DNA of 36,388 bases from Candidatus Marinamargulisbacteria bacterium (GTDB lineage: Bacteria > Margulisbacteria > Marinamargulisbacteria > SXXA01 > JAHFDB01). The number at the start of each line of letters is the position of its first letter. The first letter of the stretch is position 1. A program made the position numbers and the translations under genes. Below are positions 1 through 7,581 of this stretch, in pieces. The notes under the pieces were generated by a model. It ran no database searches, had not been told where the DNA came from, and saw only the letters and a program-made list of their open reading frames with translations. The DNA lies in assembly GCA_964202165.1 (NCBI GenBank), contig CAXNHA010000002.1, forward strand, positions 1-36,388, given 5' to 3'.

Positions 1-1008
1 GGTCTTATCCGCTCTCAATCCATACCGAACTCCGTCAAAACGGGCCAAATTAGCAGATGCTTCTGCTGGTGCCAAGATATAATAAGTAGCCAATGCAGAT
101 TCAAACAAAGACAAGGGGATGGGCTCGCACACTCCCCCCAATGACGTCCATACATCCAAGGCTTTTTGGACTGCCCCTACCACCTCTTCCGACATAGTGG
201 GCCCCATCAATGCCTGAGGAACACCTATTCTAATACCTGTCATGCTCCCTGTAAGGGCTTTGAAAAAAGAGGGATGTTCGATATTAGCGCTTGTAGAATC
301 TCGGTTGTCATAGCCTGAAATAACGTCCAAAAGGGCTGCCGCTTCCCGAGCCGTATGAGAAAAAACACCTATCTGATCCAAAGAAGATGCGTATGCAACC
401 AAGCCATATCGAGACACGCGTCCATAGGTAGGTTTTAGTCCGAGAACCCCACAAAAAGAAGCCGGTTGCCGGATAGATCCCCCTGTATCCGATCCCAATG
501 CCAGCGACGCAAACCCTGCTGCCACCCCCGCTGCAGAACCTCCTGAAGAGCCTCCTGGAACACGAGACAGATCCCATGGGTTTTTTGTAGGGAAAAAAGC
601 TGAGTTTTCTGTAGAAGATCCCATGGCAAATTCATCCATATTGACTTTTGCTACAGGAATCATGCCAGCGGATTTTAAGTGTTGAATAACCGTCGCATCA
701 TAAGGCGCTACAAACCTTTCCAATAGTTTGGATGCACATGTTGTGGGGGTACCGTCCATACAAATATTGTCTTTGATGAGGATAGGGACTCCTGCCAAGG
801 GTCCAAGATTTTGCCCAGACTGTACAAGGCGATCGAGTTGCATAGCGGTTTGGATAGCCTCTTCTTTCATCTTATACAACGTCACTTGCAAAGACGGATC
901 TAGACGCTCGATGGTCTCAAAAACACCTGTGATAACCGTCACACATGTTTTTTTTTGCAACCGAATATCTTCAGACAGCTGTAAGGCATCTTGAAAATGA
1001 GAACTCAC
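1..1008 (-). CDS. gatA: Glu-tRNA(Gln)/Asp-tRNA(Asn) amidotransferase subunit A, first 336 codons; the 3' end runs off the window
   Basis: Absent from the ORF track because there is no stop in the window. Manual minus-strand translation from GTG at 1008 gives VSSHFQDALQLSEDIRL...PLAGVPILIKDNI...NPWDLSRVPGGSSGGSAAGVAAGFASLALGSDTGGSIRQPASFCGVLGLKPTYGRVSRYGL...YYILAPAEASANLARFDGVRYG. This is the amidase signature, and the frame is open to position 1. The start overlaps the gatC stop as GTGA. Confidence 0.9.
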   Translation of the reverse strand, partial: MSSHFQDALQLSEDIRLQKKTCVTVITGVFETIERLDPSLQVTLYKMKEEAIQTAMQLDRLVQSGQNLGPLAGVPILIKDNICMDGTPTTCASKLLERFVAPYDATVIQHLKSAGMIPVAKVNMDEFAMGSSTENSAFFPTKNPWDLSRVPGGSSGGSAAGVAAGFASLALGSDTGGSIRQPASFCGVLGLKPTYGRVSRYGLVAYASSLDQIGVFSHTAREAAALLDVISGYDNRDSTSANIEHPSFFKALTGSMTGIRIGVPQALMGPTMSEEVVGAVQKALDVWTSLGGVCEPIPLSLFESALATYYILAPAEASANLARFDGVRYGLRADKT

Positions 1009-1337
1009 GCAGGATCCTCAAGGATTTTTGGCACCCTAAAACAATCCCCTTCCCAGCTAGGGGCATTGCTCTTGATGCGTGAGCTTTCAAAAACAGTGGG
1101 ACTATCTTCTCTTAAAGAATCTAATGTTTGAAAAGCCTCTGAAACAGGCATAACAGAATCAAGATCCAACTGATCCAAAGCTTTCATATGAAAAAAAACG
1201 TTTTGCAATTGGGTTAAAAGTTGGGGTCTATGGGAATCCTCGACACGAAGATGTGCCAGATCAATCATCCGATTCAAATCATCCAGTTCAATAGCCATGT
1301 GAGGGGGTACTATATCAATTTTTGAAATACGGTACAA
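1005..1337 (-). CDS. gatC: Glu-tRNA(Gln) amidotransferase subunit C
   Basis: Small ORF immediately upstream of and overlapping gatA. It has a GatC-like pattern (IELDDLNRMIDLAHLRV...DSVMPVSE...LREDSP). The track start is TTG at 1337, and an internal ATG at 1298 would give a more typical ~97 aa. Neither start has a clear SD. Confidence 0.85.
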   Translation of the reverse strand: MYRISKIDIVPPHMAIELDDLNRMIDLAHLRVEDSHRPQLLTQLQNVFFHMKALDQLDLDSVMPVSEAFQTLDSLREDSPTVFESSRIKSNAPSWEGDCFRVPKILEDPA

Positions 1338-1404
1338 TGTGTTGATCTAAGCGTAAAAAATCTGTTAAAACTATATTGTCTTAAGAACGAAGGAAATTAA
1401 AACT

Positions 1405-1668
1405 ATGAATACCCTATCTACAAATGTTGTGATTATTATTTCTACCGTAGTAGCAACCCAGCTTGTGGTGATCATAATCAAAAATATCTTATCGTATAGG
1501 GTGCTAAAAAAAGCAGAAAAAATCGCAAACCAGCAAATCAAAGAATCCGAAGAAAGGATCAAGTCCATCCTCCATGAGATGGATAATTCAAAAAGAGACC
1601 TCGTAGAAAGCATGCGACAAGTAGAAAAATTGGCTTCTGAAGGAGAAAGCGATGATTCTTCTCAATAA
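1405..1668 (+). CDS. hypothetical small membrane-anchored coiled-coil protein (N-terminal TM helix, K/E-rich tail)
   Basis: ATG is preceded by AAGGAA. There is a hydrophobic N-terminus (VVIIISTVVATQLVVIII) followed by a charged helix. It overlaps the next ORF, which has its own strong SD. No family was recognised. Confidence 0.55.
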   Translation: MNTLSTNVVIIISTVVATQLVVIIIKNILSYRVLKKAEKIANQQIKESEERIKSILHEMDNSKRDLVESMRQVEKLASEGESDDSSQ

Positions 1669-2173
1669 AGAGGAGTTGCTGACACCTCTTGCGGAATCTA
1701 TCAAAACTTTTCAACAAAACCTAAAGTCCCTGTGGGGATGGAGCCGTGCTTTACCTATAGAAAAAAACCGAATTAATTTTTCAGAATTGCTATCACCCCC
1801 TGTTTACACCCCTCATCAAAAACCCGAAAAAGAACCTAAAACAGACACCAAGTCTCTCTCTTCGCGCCCCTCTACAAAAATCCAGACTGAAAAAAAAGAC
1901 GTCCCTTCGGTATTTTCACAAAAAAATCCCGTTACCAGAGAAGACTATACCTTACCTGTGCGTCCCATTTCTACAGATCAGGTGTCTACAGATCCTGTTT
2001 TTCCCCTTCAGTCTCCTACAGCAGATGATGGGAAACTCCCTTCTTTGGGTACCACGATACAACCTGAAGAGTCTATAAAATCGTCCAAAAACAACTTGGA
2101 GCAAACCTTCTTAGACAGACAAAAGAATATCGAAGAGATCATCAAAAAATCCAAAAAAGGAAAAACACTCTAG
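1652..2173 (+). CDS. hypothetical protein, P/S/T/K-rich and probably disordered
   Basis: ATG at 1652 is preceded by GAAGGAG at ideal spacing. The composition is low-complexity and no motif was recognised. Confidence 0.5.
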   Translation: MILLNKEELLTPLAESIKTFQQNLKSLWGWSRALPIEKNRINFSELLSPPVYTPHQKPEKEPKTDTKSLSSRPSTKIQTEKKDVPSVFSQKNPVTREDYTLPVRPISTDQVSTDPVFPLQSPTADDGKLPSLGTTIQPEESIKSSKNNLEQTFLDRQKNIEEIIKKSKKGKTL

Positions 2174-3003
2174 TGGTACAAGGTCAGTCGCTAAGAGAAA
2201 GCTCTCAGGCAATTGCCTCTTACACCTACCAAAAAATGCTATCGCTTTCTATGAAAGATGTCATACGTCTAAAAAAGAAAACCGTGTGGCTATTTGTTGT
2301 CGGATCTATGGGGGCGTATATCCGGTATTGTTTTTTGCATATACGCATTTTTTTTAACAGTTCCCAAAAAAAAGAAAAAAAAATAGCCTCTTTTGCAATC
2401 AAACTCCTTCGCCAGTATTTTGGGTATCGAGGCATTGTGTATCGTCGCACGCTTTTGCCAAAAGAACCCTCTCAAAAACCACTCTTAATCCTGACACTTC
2501 GGTACCATCCATTAAGCAGTTTGTTGATCCACCAAGGGTTTGATTTTCCCGTTTTGATTCCTCTGGCAGAAGGGCTTAAAAAATTTAGATTTCATTACAA
2601 AATTCCGCTTTATTTTATGCAAAAAATGCTTCAAAAAATAGCCTACCCCGACGGGGATCTTGGCATGCTGTTACCCGATATTAAATCCGCCGTTAAAGGG
2701 GGATACTCTATGGTTGTATATATCAATAATGGGTATAAGAAAAATGGAAACCCAGAGCCTCTATTGGCTCACAAAGAGTTATTAACCTTATTAAACATTC
2801 CCAATTGCACGATTGTATTTCTCAGGCTAGATGGCATAGAAAACTATCCTCTGGCCACCTATTTATCCAAAATTACCATAACCCCTCATCTAGAAGATTG
2901 CGCATCTGTTCTCATGGGAATAACAGAAAAAAGTCCGCAATCCGACACATTGTCCGCAATATCAGAATTCTTTTTTCAAGATGGCTATGTGATGTGTGAG
3001 TGA
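2173..3003 (+). CDS. hypothetical membrane-associated protein, weakly reminiscent of lysophospholipid (PlsC-type) acyltransferases but with degenerate motifs
   Basis: GTG start abuts the previous stop. There is one N-terminal TM segment (VWLFVVGSMGAYIRYCF). LILTLRYHPLSSLL sits where acyltransferases carry NHxxxxD: the His is kept and the Asp is absent. The family assignment is a guess. Confidence 0.5.
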   Translation: MVQGQSLRESSQAIASYTYQKMLSLSMKDVIRLKKKTVWLFVVGSMGAYIRYCFLHIRIFFNSSQKKEKKIASFAIKLLRQYFGYRGIVYRRTLLPKEPSQKPLLILTLRYHPLSSLLIHQGFDFPVLIPLAEGLKKFRFHYKIPLYFMQKMLQKIAYPDGDLGMLLPDIKSAVKGGYSMVVYINNGYKKNGNPEPLLAHKELLTLLNIPNCTIVFLRLDGIENYPLATYLSKITITPHLEDCASVLMGITEKSPQSDTLSAISEFFFQDGYVMCE

Positions 3004-3009
3004 ATTACC

Positions 3010-3096
3010 CTATTTTCTAGCCTTCATTTTTTTCCCATATTTCTTATACTTGTGTTTTCTCATTTTTTTGCGTCTTTTTTTGATCAAACTTCCCAT
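3010..3096 (-). CDS. 28-aa ultra-basic peptide MGSLIKKRRKKMRKHKYKKYGKKMKARK, resembling ribosomal protein bS22 (AURKAIP1/COX24, mS38-like family)
   Basis: Below the ORF-track size cutoff and translated by hand. ATG at 3096 is preceded by a perfect AAGGAG with a 5-nt spacer (TAAGGAGTTTTTATG). The stop is TAG at 3010-3012. The N-terminal MGS(L/V)IKKRRK(K/R)M matches my memory of mycobacterial bS22. Confidence 0.7.
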   Translation of the reverse strand: MGSLIKKRRKKMRKHKYKKYGKKMKARK

Positions 3097-3156
3097 AAAA
3101 ACTCCTTAAAAATAATTCAATCGCAGTTTGGAATTTAGCTTAGTTTGTCAATAAAA

Positions 3157-3615
3157 TCAACAAAATGGTTTACTGTTCAGACAAAAAACACATGGGTGTT
3201 TTAATGTTAAAACATGTTGGCAGGTTGTACACAGGGTGTACCCTTTTGTTTTTTTACATTGATTTGCCCATACAATGGCCTCTTTTAAGTTTTTTGGAGA
3301 AAAAACCTCTTCTGTTTCTGGTATTTTTTTGGAAGCAGTTGCGTAAACACGTATATCTTTTATTTTTTTTCTTTTTAGAAGATCGTTCATTTTTTGCAAA
3401 AGCATCGGTTTAAAAAAATCTATTTCTTTTACCCATAAAGGGTTGGTTGACTCTGCATAGACAATCCCTTTTTTAAAAAAATTAAAATAAATATCCTTGG
3501 ATAAATCACCAAAAAGATCTCCCCAAGATTCTTGTAGTATTTTTTCAATTGCCAACGATTCTTTAAGCGTGTCTAAAAATCGATACTTTCCCAATATATC
3601 TTTAATATTATCCAC
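3157..3615 (-). CDS. dciA: DUF721/DciA-like protein with C-terminal CxxC...CxxC zinc ribbon
   Basis: Conserved position directly downstream of recF (8-nt overlap). Size and pattern are DUF721-like (GIVYAESTNPLWVKEI), and the C-terminal Cys cluster is CTTCQHVLTLKHPCVFC. Confidence 0.7.
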   Translation of the reverse strand: MDNIKDILGKYRFLDTLKESLAIEKILQESWGDLFGDLSKDIYFNFFKKGIVYAESTNPLWVKEIDFFKPMLLQKMNDLLKRKKIKDIRVYATASKKIPETEEVFSPKNLKEAIVWANQCKKTKGYTLCTTCQHVLTLKHPCVFCLNSKPFC

Positions 3616-4702
3616 TTAAAACAACCCCTTCTTTTACCTGTAAAAGACATCTTTTATCAAATAAATCCTTATCCGATTCTTGAATTGTTGTATAAAAAAT
3701 AGGTATTTTTTGATCCATATTTGCCAATGCCATTTTTTTTGTCTTAAAATCCATTTCTGAAAATGTATCGTCTAACAACAAAATAGGAAATCGTTCGGAT
3801 ATCTCTTCCAATAAAAAAAAATGTGCCCATTTAAACCAAAGTGAAACCATTTTTTGAATCCCTCTAGAGTGATACTTGTGAAAAGATCTGTCATGAACAT
3901 AGAGGTCAAAATCATCTCGATGAGGTCCATACAACGATAGCTTGGCCTGAATTTCCTTGGCTTTTCCTTGGGTAATTTTATGGTGTAGATAGGTAGAATA
4001 CGAGATTTCTTTTGCACTATCTTTTTTCTGAAACTGATACAGTATATGCATCGTGTGGATCCAATCTTGACCTTGAGAAAGCCCTATTTCTTTGATTTTT
4101 TCTTGCAACACATACAGCCCTTCTTGACGATATTGCACAATTTTTACAGCATACTCTAGGAGATATTGATTCCAAATATCCAGCTGGGATTCATCTACAG
4201 GAAACAGGGATAACAAGCGATTTTTTTGTCTGATAATGCCATCATATTTTTTTTTAAGGTGTTGAAACTGAGGAAAATAACGGATACAAAATGCATCAAT
4301 ACTGCTACGTCGATAAGATGGAGATTCTTTAAAAAGCTTCCAATCATCCGAGCCAATAAATTCTATCCAACACATATCTTGGATACCATTTGAAAGGGAC
4401 ATAGGTCTATTGTCCAAGGATATGGACGGTACCCCATCTTTTGTTATTTTTGAGCTCACCCGATGGGTCTTATGATGATCATCAAAATCAAGGCCTAAAA
4501 ACAGGTGATCTTCATACCAAGATACCAACACAGCTCTGTCATCTTCTATCGGAGATCGTCCACAAATGGCCACATAAATAGACTCTAATAAGCTTGTTTT
4601 CCCTTGATTATTTTCGCCTACAATGACATAAGATGCGTCAGAAAATTCAAGAACACATTCTTTTAGATTTCTAAATCCTTTACTCCATAATTTCTTCAGC
4701 AT
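3608..4702 (-). CDS. recF: DNA replication and repair protein RecF
   Basis: N-terminus KGFRNLKE..., Walker A GENNQGKTSLLESI, C-terminal LLLDDTFSEMD, and dnaN-recF synteny. Confidence 0.92.
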   Translation of the reverse strand: MLKKLWSKGFRNLKECVLEFSDASYVIVGENNQGKTSLLESIYVAICGRSPIEDDRAVLVSWYEDHLFLGLDFDDHHKTHRVSSKITKDGVPSISLDNRPMSLSNGIQDMCWIEFIGSDDWKLFKESPSYRRSSIDAFCIRYFPQFQHLKKKYDGIIRQKNRLLSLFPVDESQLDIWNQYLLEYAVKIVQYRQEGLYVLQEKIKEIGLSQGQDWIHTMHILYQFQKKDSAKEISYSTYLHHKITQGKAKEIQAKLSLYGPHRDDFDLYVHDRSFHKYHSRGIQKMVSLWFKWAHFFLLEEISERFPILLLDDTFSEMDFKTKKMALANMDQKIPIFYTTIQESDKDLFDKRCLLQVKEGVVLSG

Positions 4703-5870
4703 GGGAAACCGATTCTACGCTTTGATAGACATGAGGCTCTGTTTTTTCTTCTTGAAATTCATTTGTTTTGATGGGCATCACCACATAAAAATAATCACTG
4801 CCTGTACTAGGTTCAAAAATACAAGGGCTCAATCCATCGTTACAACTTACTTTTACATCATCTGAATCCATATGTTTTAACGCATCTAAAACCAAATGAA
4901 CATTAAACACAACCCTGATCACATCATTACCCATCTGCCTAGATAGCTTTAATTCTTCATAAAAGCTACCCATAGAACTCGCTCTCGATGTCATGATAAC
5001 GGTATCCATACCCACAAGAAGGCTCACCACATTATTGGCCTCTGACGCAACAATAGAGGCTCTCTCACATGCATCAAAAAAGGCCCGTCTCGAAATTAAA
5101 ACAGACTGACTCGGCATCTTGGGAATTACTTTTGTGTAATCTGGAAACTTAGACTCAATGGTCCGAGAAATAAGAACAATACTTCCCATTCTAAAAGAGA
5201 CTTGTTTTTCTGAAACAGAAAGTAAAACATCTTCAGAAAAATCAACAACTTGCAATATTTTTTGAAAATCAGCCAATGTTTTTTGAGGAATAATAACCGT
5301 AAAATCAGGTACAAAACTTTCTGGTTTGAGTTGATACAAGGCCAATCGGTATCCATCTGTGGATACACAGGTAAGTTGTCCTGATTCACTTTTCAAAAAA
5401 ATCCCATTTAAATGGGATTTTTTTTCATCAGAAGAAACACAAAATAACGTGTGTTTAATCATTTCTTTAAGAGAGGCTATGCTAAGTCTAAATTCCAAAC
5501 CGGCATTTATTTTTGGAAAATCTGGATACTCAGCAACATCAATACCCGATACATTAAAATTAACCGTCTCAGCAGAAATATGCACTTCAAATGCATCATT
5601 TTTTGAAAAATCAAGGGTTTTGTTTTGCAACTTACCCAACATACTACTCAATGTTTTTGATTTGATAAGAATAGAACCAGGTTCAGAAGCATTAATTGGG
5701 AGCGTGTATTCTATGGCAATTTCAAGATCATTTCCTCTTAGGAAGAGTGTTTGGTCTTGAATGGAAAGGTACATATTTTCCAATATGGGGATAGGGGTTC
5801 TGGAAGGTATCGCTTTTTCAACAATGGATACAGCTTTTTGTAAATTGCTGCTGCTACATGTGAATTTCAT
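4680..5870 (-). CDS. dnaN: DNA polymerase III beta sliding clamp
   Basis: MKFTCSSSNLQKAVSIVEKAIPSRTPIPILENMYL... is a typical DnaN N-terminus. The gene follows dnaA. SD AGGAGAG lies upstream of the ATG. About 27 aa of acidic tail extend past the usual MPxx C-terminus. Confidence 0.93.
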   Translation of the reverse strand: MKFTCSSSNLQKAVSIVEKAIPSRTPIPILENMYLSIQDQTLFLRGNDLEIAIEYTLPINASEPGSILIKSKTLSSMLGKLQNKTLDFSKNDAFEVHISAETVNFNVSGIDVAEYPDFPKINAGLEFRLSIASLKEMIKHTLFCVSSDEKKSHLNGIFLKSESGQLTCVSTDGYRLALYQLKPESFVPDFTVIIPQKTLADFQKILQVVDFSEDVLLSVSEKQVSFRMGSIVLISRTIESKFPDYTKVIPKMPSQSVLISRRAFFDACERASIVASEANNVVSLLVGMDTVIMTSRASSMGSFYEELKLSRQMGNDVIRVVFNVHLVLDALKHMDSDDVKVSCNDGLSPCIFEPSTGSDYFYVVMPIKTNEFQEEKTEPHVYQSVESVSHAEEIME

Positions 5871-6100
5871 TTTTAAGACTCTCCTTTTTTTAATTCTAAT
5901 AATATGAATTTTCTAATTTAATATATAAATTAGTAGTAGTAATAGCTGTGGAAATGTGGACAAAGCTATTTTTTAATGGATTTTAACACGATTTTTAAAG
6001 GATTACCCTGTGAAAAAATTGGGGTAAACCTGCTACAACTTTTATCAAGTAAAGGGTTTATCCCAAGTCATCCACATACTATGGGTATCTTATCCACAGG
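5871..6100. promoter_or_regulatory. oriC-like dnaA-dnaN intergenic region: AT-rich stretch plus DnaA boxes
   Basis: Scored against TTATCCACA: perfect box at 6090-6098, TcATCCACA at 6068-6076 (8/9). Two overlapping reverse-orientation boxes follow: TGTGGAAAT at 5947-5955 (7/9) and TGTGGACAA at 5955-5963 (8/9). A strongly AT-rich segment lies at about 5890-5945. Confidence 0.6.
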
Positions 6101-7450
6101 TTATGCATCGTTTTTAATATTTGAGATTAGTAGGGTGATAATGCTTCTTGTATCAGAATCAGTTTGCAACATTCCTTTGATTTTATCGCAGGCATGCATA
6201 ACAGTAGAATGATCTCGCTTGCCAAAATTTTCACCAATTTTTGGCAAAGAAACATTGGTCAATTCTCTTGCCAAATACATGGCTATTTGACGAGAAAATG
6301 CTATTTCTCTTGTTCGTTCCTTTGAACAAAGTTCGGAATTGGAAATGTTAAAATAGTCACATACTTTTCGTTTAATATAATTAATAGAAATGGGTTTTTC
6401 TTGCTTAATCCCAATCAAATCACGAATGACGTTGCTTGCAATAGAGAGGGTTACTTCTGTTTTAAGAAGGGAGGCATACGCTACGATTCGCGTCAGAGCC
6501 CCTTCCATTTCACGGACATTTGATGGGATTTGTGTCGCAATAAAATGGAGGATTTCATCAGAAACAGTGAGGTGATTGATCTCAATTTTTTTTCTCAAAA
6601 TAGCAATTCTTGTTTCCAATTCAGGGGGTTGAATATCAGCAATTAATCCCCATTCAAAACGGGTTCTTAGACGAAGTTCTAGCGTGGGAATTTCTTTTGG
6701 GGGTCTATCTGAGGAAATTACGATTTGTTTGTTGTTGCTATGTAAATCATTAAAGGTATGAAAAAACTCTTCTTGCGTTTGTTCTTTGCCAGCAAGAAAT
6801 TGAATATCATCCACCAACAAGACATCAAGTGTCCTATATTTTGCTCTAAAAGACTCTACTTTTTTATCTTTGATGGCATTGATTAGGTCGTTTGTAAATT
6901 TTTCAGAAGAGACAAGCTGGATTTTGGATTTTTTATTTTTTCTGGATATTTCCATACCAATAGCATGGAGGAGATGTGTTTTGCCAAGTCCAACAGATCC
7001 ATAGATAAATAAGGGGTTGTACGCCTTTGCAGGTGCTTTGGAAACAGCTTCTGATGCGGCATGGGCAAATCGGTTGTTGTGACCCACAATAAAATTATCA
7101 AACGTATACCGCTGGTTAAATCCATTGGGGGTTTCATAGGGCTCAACAGGGTTTTGAATGTCTGACAGACTCATTTGATACGTAGAAGGGGACGACTCTA
7201 TTGATTCGGAAACGGTATATAAGAAGATAATATCTTGGTAAGCGGTTTTGTTGAGCGATTGTTTTAAAATAGGCTCACACTTCTCTTTAATCCATTCTCT
7301 AGAAAACATATTGGGGACCTCGATGGTCAAAACGAGGCTTTCAAATCCAACGGGCTTTGCGCAAGATAAAAACGTTTGAAATCCAGGTCCAGATAGTTTT
7401 TCTTTTAAAGAACTTAATACAATTTCCCATAATATCATCATGTTATACAC
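6101..7450 (-). CDS. dnaA: chromosomal replication initiator DnaA
   Basis: Walker A GSVGLGKTHLLHAIG, Walker B LLVDDIQF, and C-terminal DNA-binding signature IAFSRQIAMYLARELTNVSLPKIGENFGKRDHSTVMHA. The track start is GTG at 7450; ATG at 7441 or 7438 (MMILWEIV...) are equally plausible. Confidence 0.97.
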   Translation of the reverse strand: MYNMMILWEIVLSSLKEKLSGPGFQTFLSCAKPVGFESLVLTIEVPNMFSREWIKEKCEPILKQSLNKTAYQDIIFLYTVSESIESSPSTYQMSLSDIQNPVEPYETPNGFNQRYTFDNFIVGHNNRFAHAASEAVSKAPAKAYNPLFIYGSVGLGKTHLLHAIGMEISRKNKKSKIQLVSSEKFTNDLINAIKDKKVESFRAKYRTLDVLLVDDIQFLAGKEQTQEEFFHTFNDLHSNNKQIVISSDRPPKEIPTLELRLRTRFEWGLIADIQPPELETRIAILRKKIEINHLTVSDEILHFIATQIPSNVREMEGALTRIVAYASLLKTEVTLSIASNVIRDLIGIKQEKPISINYIKRKVCDYFNISNSELCSKERTREIAFSRQIAMYLARELTNVSLPKIGENFGKRDHSTVMHACDKIKGMLQTDSDTRSIITLLISNIKNDA

Positions 7451-7528
7451 AACTTATCCATAGTTTTTTTTTATATTTTTGTACCTAAATTTAAAATAGT
7501 ACACAAGTTACACACATGTTTATCCACA
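7443..7528. promoter_or_regulatory. DnaA-box cluster upstream of dnaA (autoregulatory and/or second oriC module)
   Basis: TTATACACA at 7443-7451 (8/9, overlapping the dnaA start), TTATCCATA at 7454-7462 (8/9), TTACACACA at 7508-7516 (7/9), and perfect TTATCCACA at 7520-7528. The surroundings are AT-rich. Confidence 0.6.
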
Positions 7529-7581
7529 GCTTTTTAATCAATGGGGAAAAGAGGTAAAATCTAAAAAATCACCATAGCATT

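Noticed and set aside
308-635. Two minus-strand ORFs from the track (308-577 and 435-635).
   Set aside because: Both are off-frame readings inside gatA. The true gatA frame (1-1008, minus strand) carries the amidase signature and has no stop in the window.
728-994. Plus-strand 88-aa ORF.
   Set aside because: It is antisense to the gatA coding frame, with no RBS and no motif.
1371-1613. Minus-strand 80-aa hydrophobic ORF opposite the 1405-1668 ORF.
   Set aside because: The plus-strand ORF has an AAGGAA RBS and is coupled to the downstream SD-bearing gene. The minus-strand ORF is the mirror image of a hydrophobic or charged coding region and has no translation signal.
2366-2383. An A8-G-A9 homopolymer tract, considered as a phase-variation switch.
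   Set aside because: It is in frame and encodes a lysine-rich linker (QKKEKK). This AT-rich genome has many A/T runs, and a single sequence gives no evidence of length variation.
5976-6212. 78-aa plus-strand ORF spanning the dnaA-dnaN spacer.
   Set aside because: It runs through the DnaA-box region and then antisense into the dnaA 3' end. It has no RBS and is most likely spurious.
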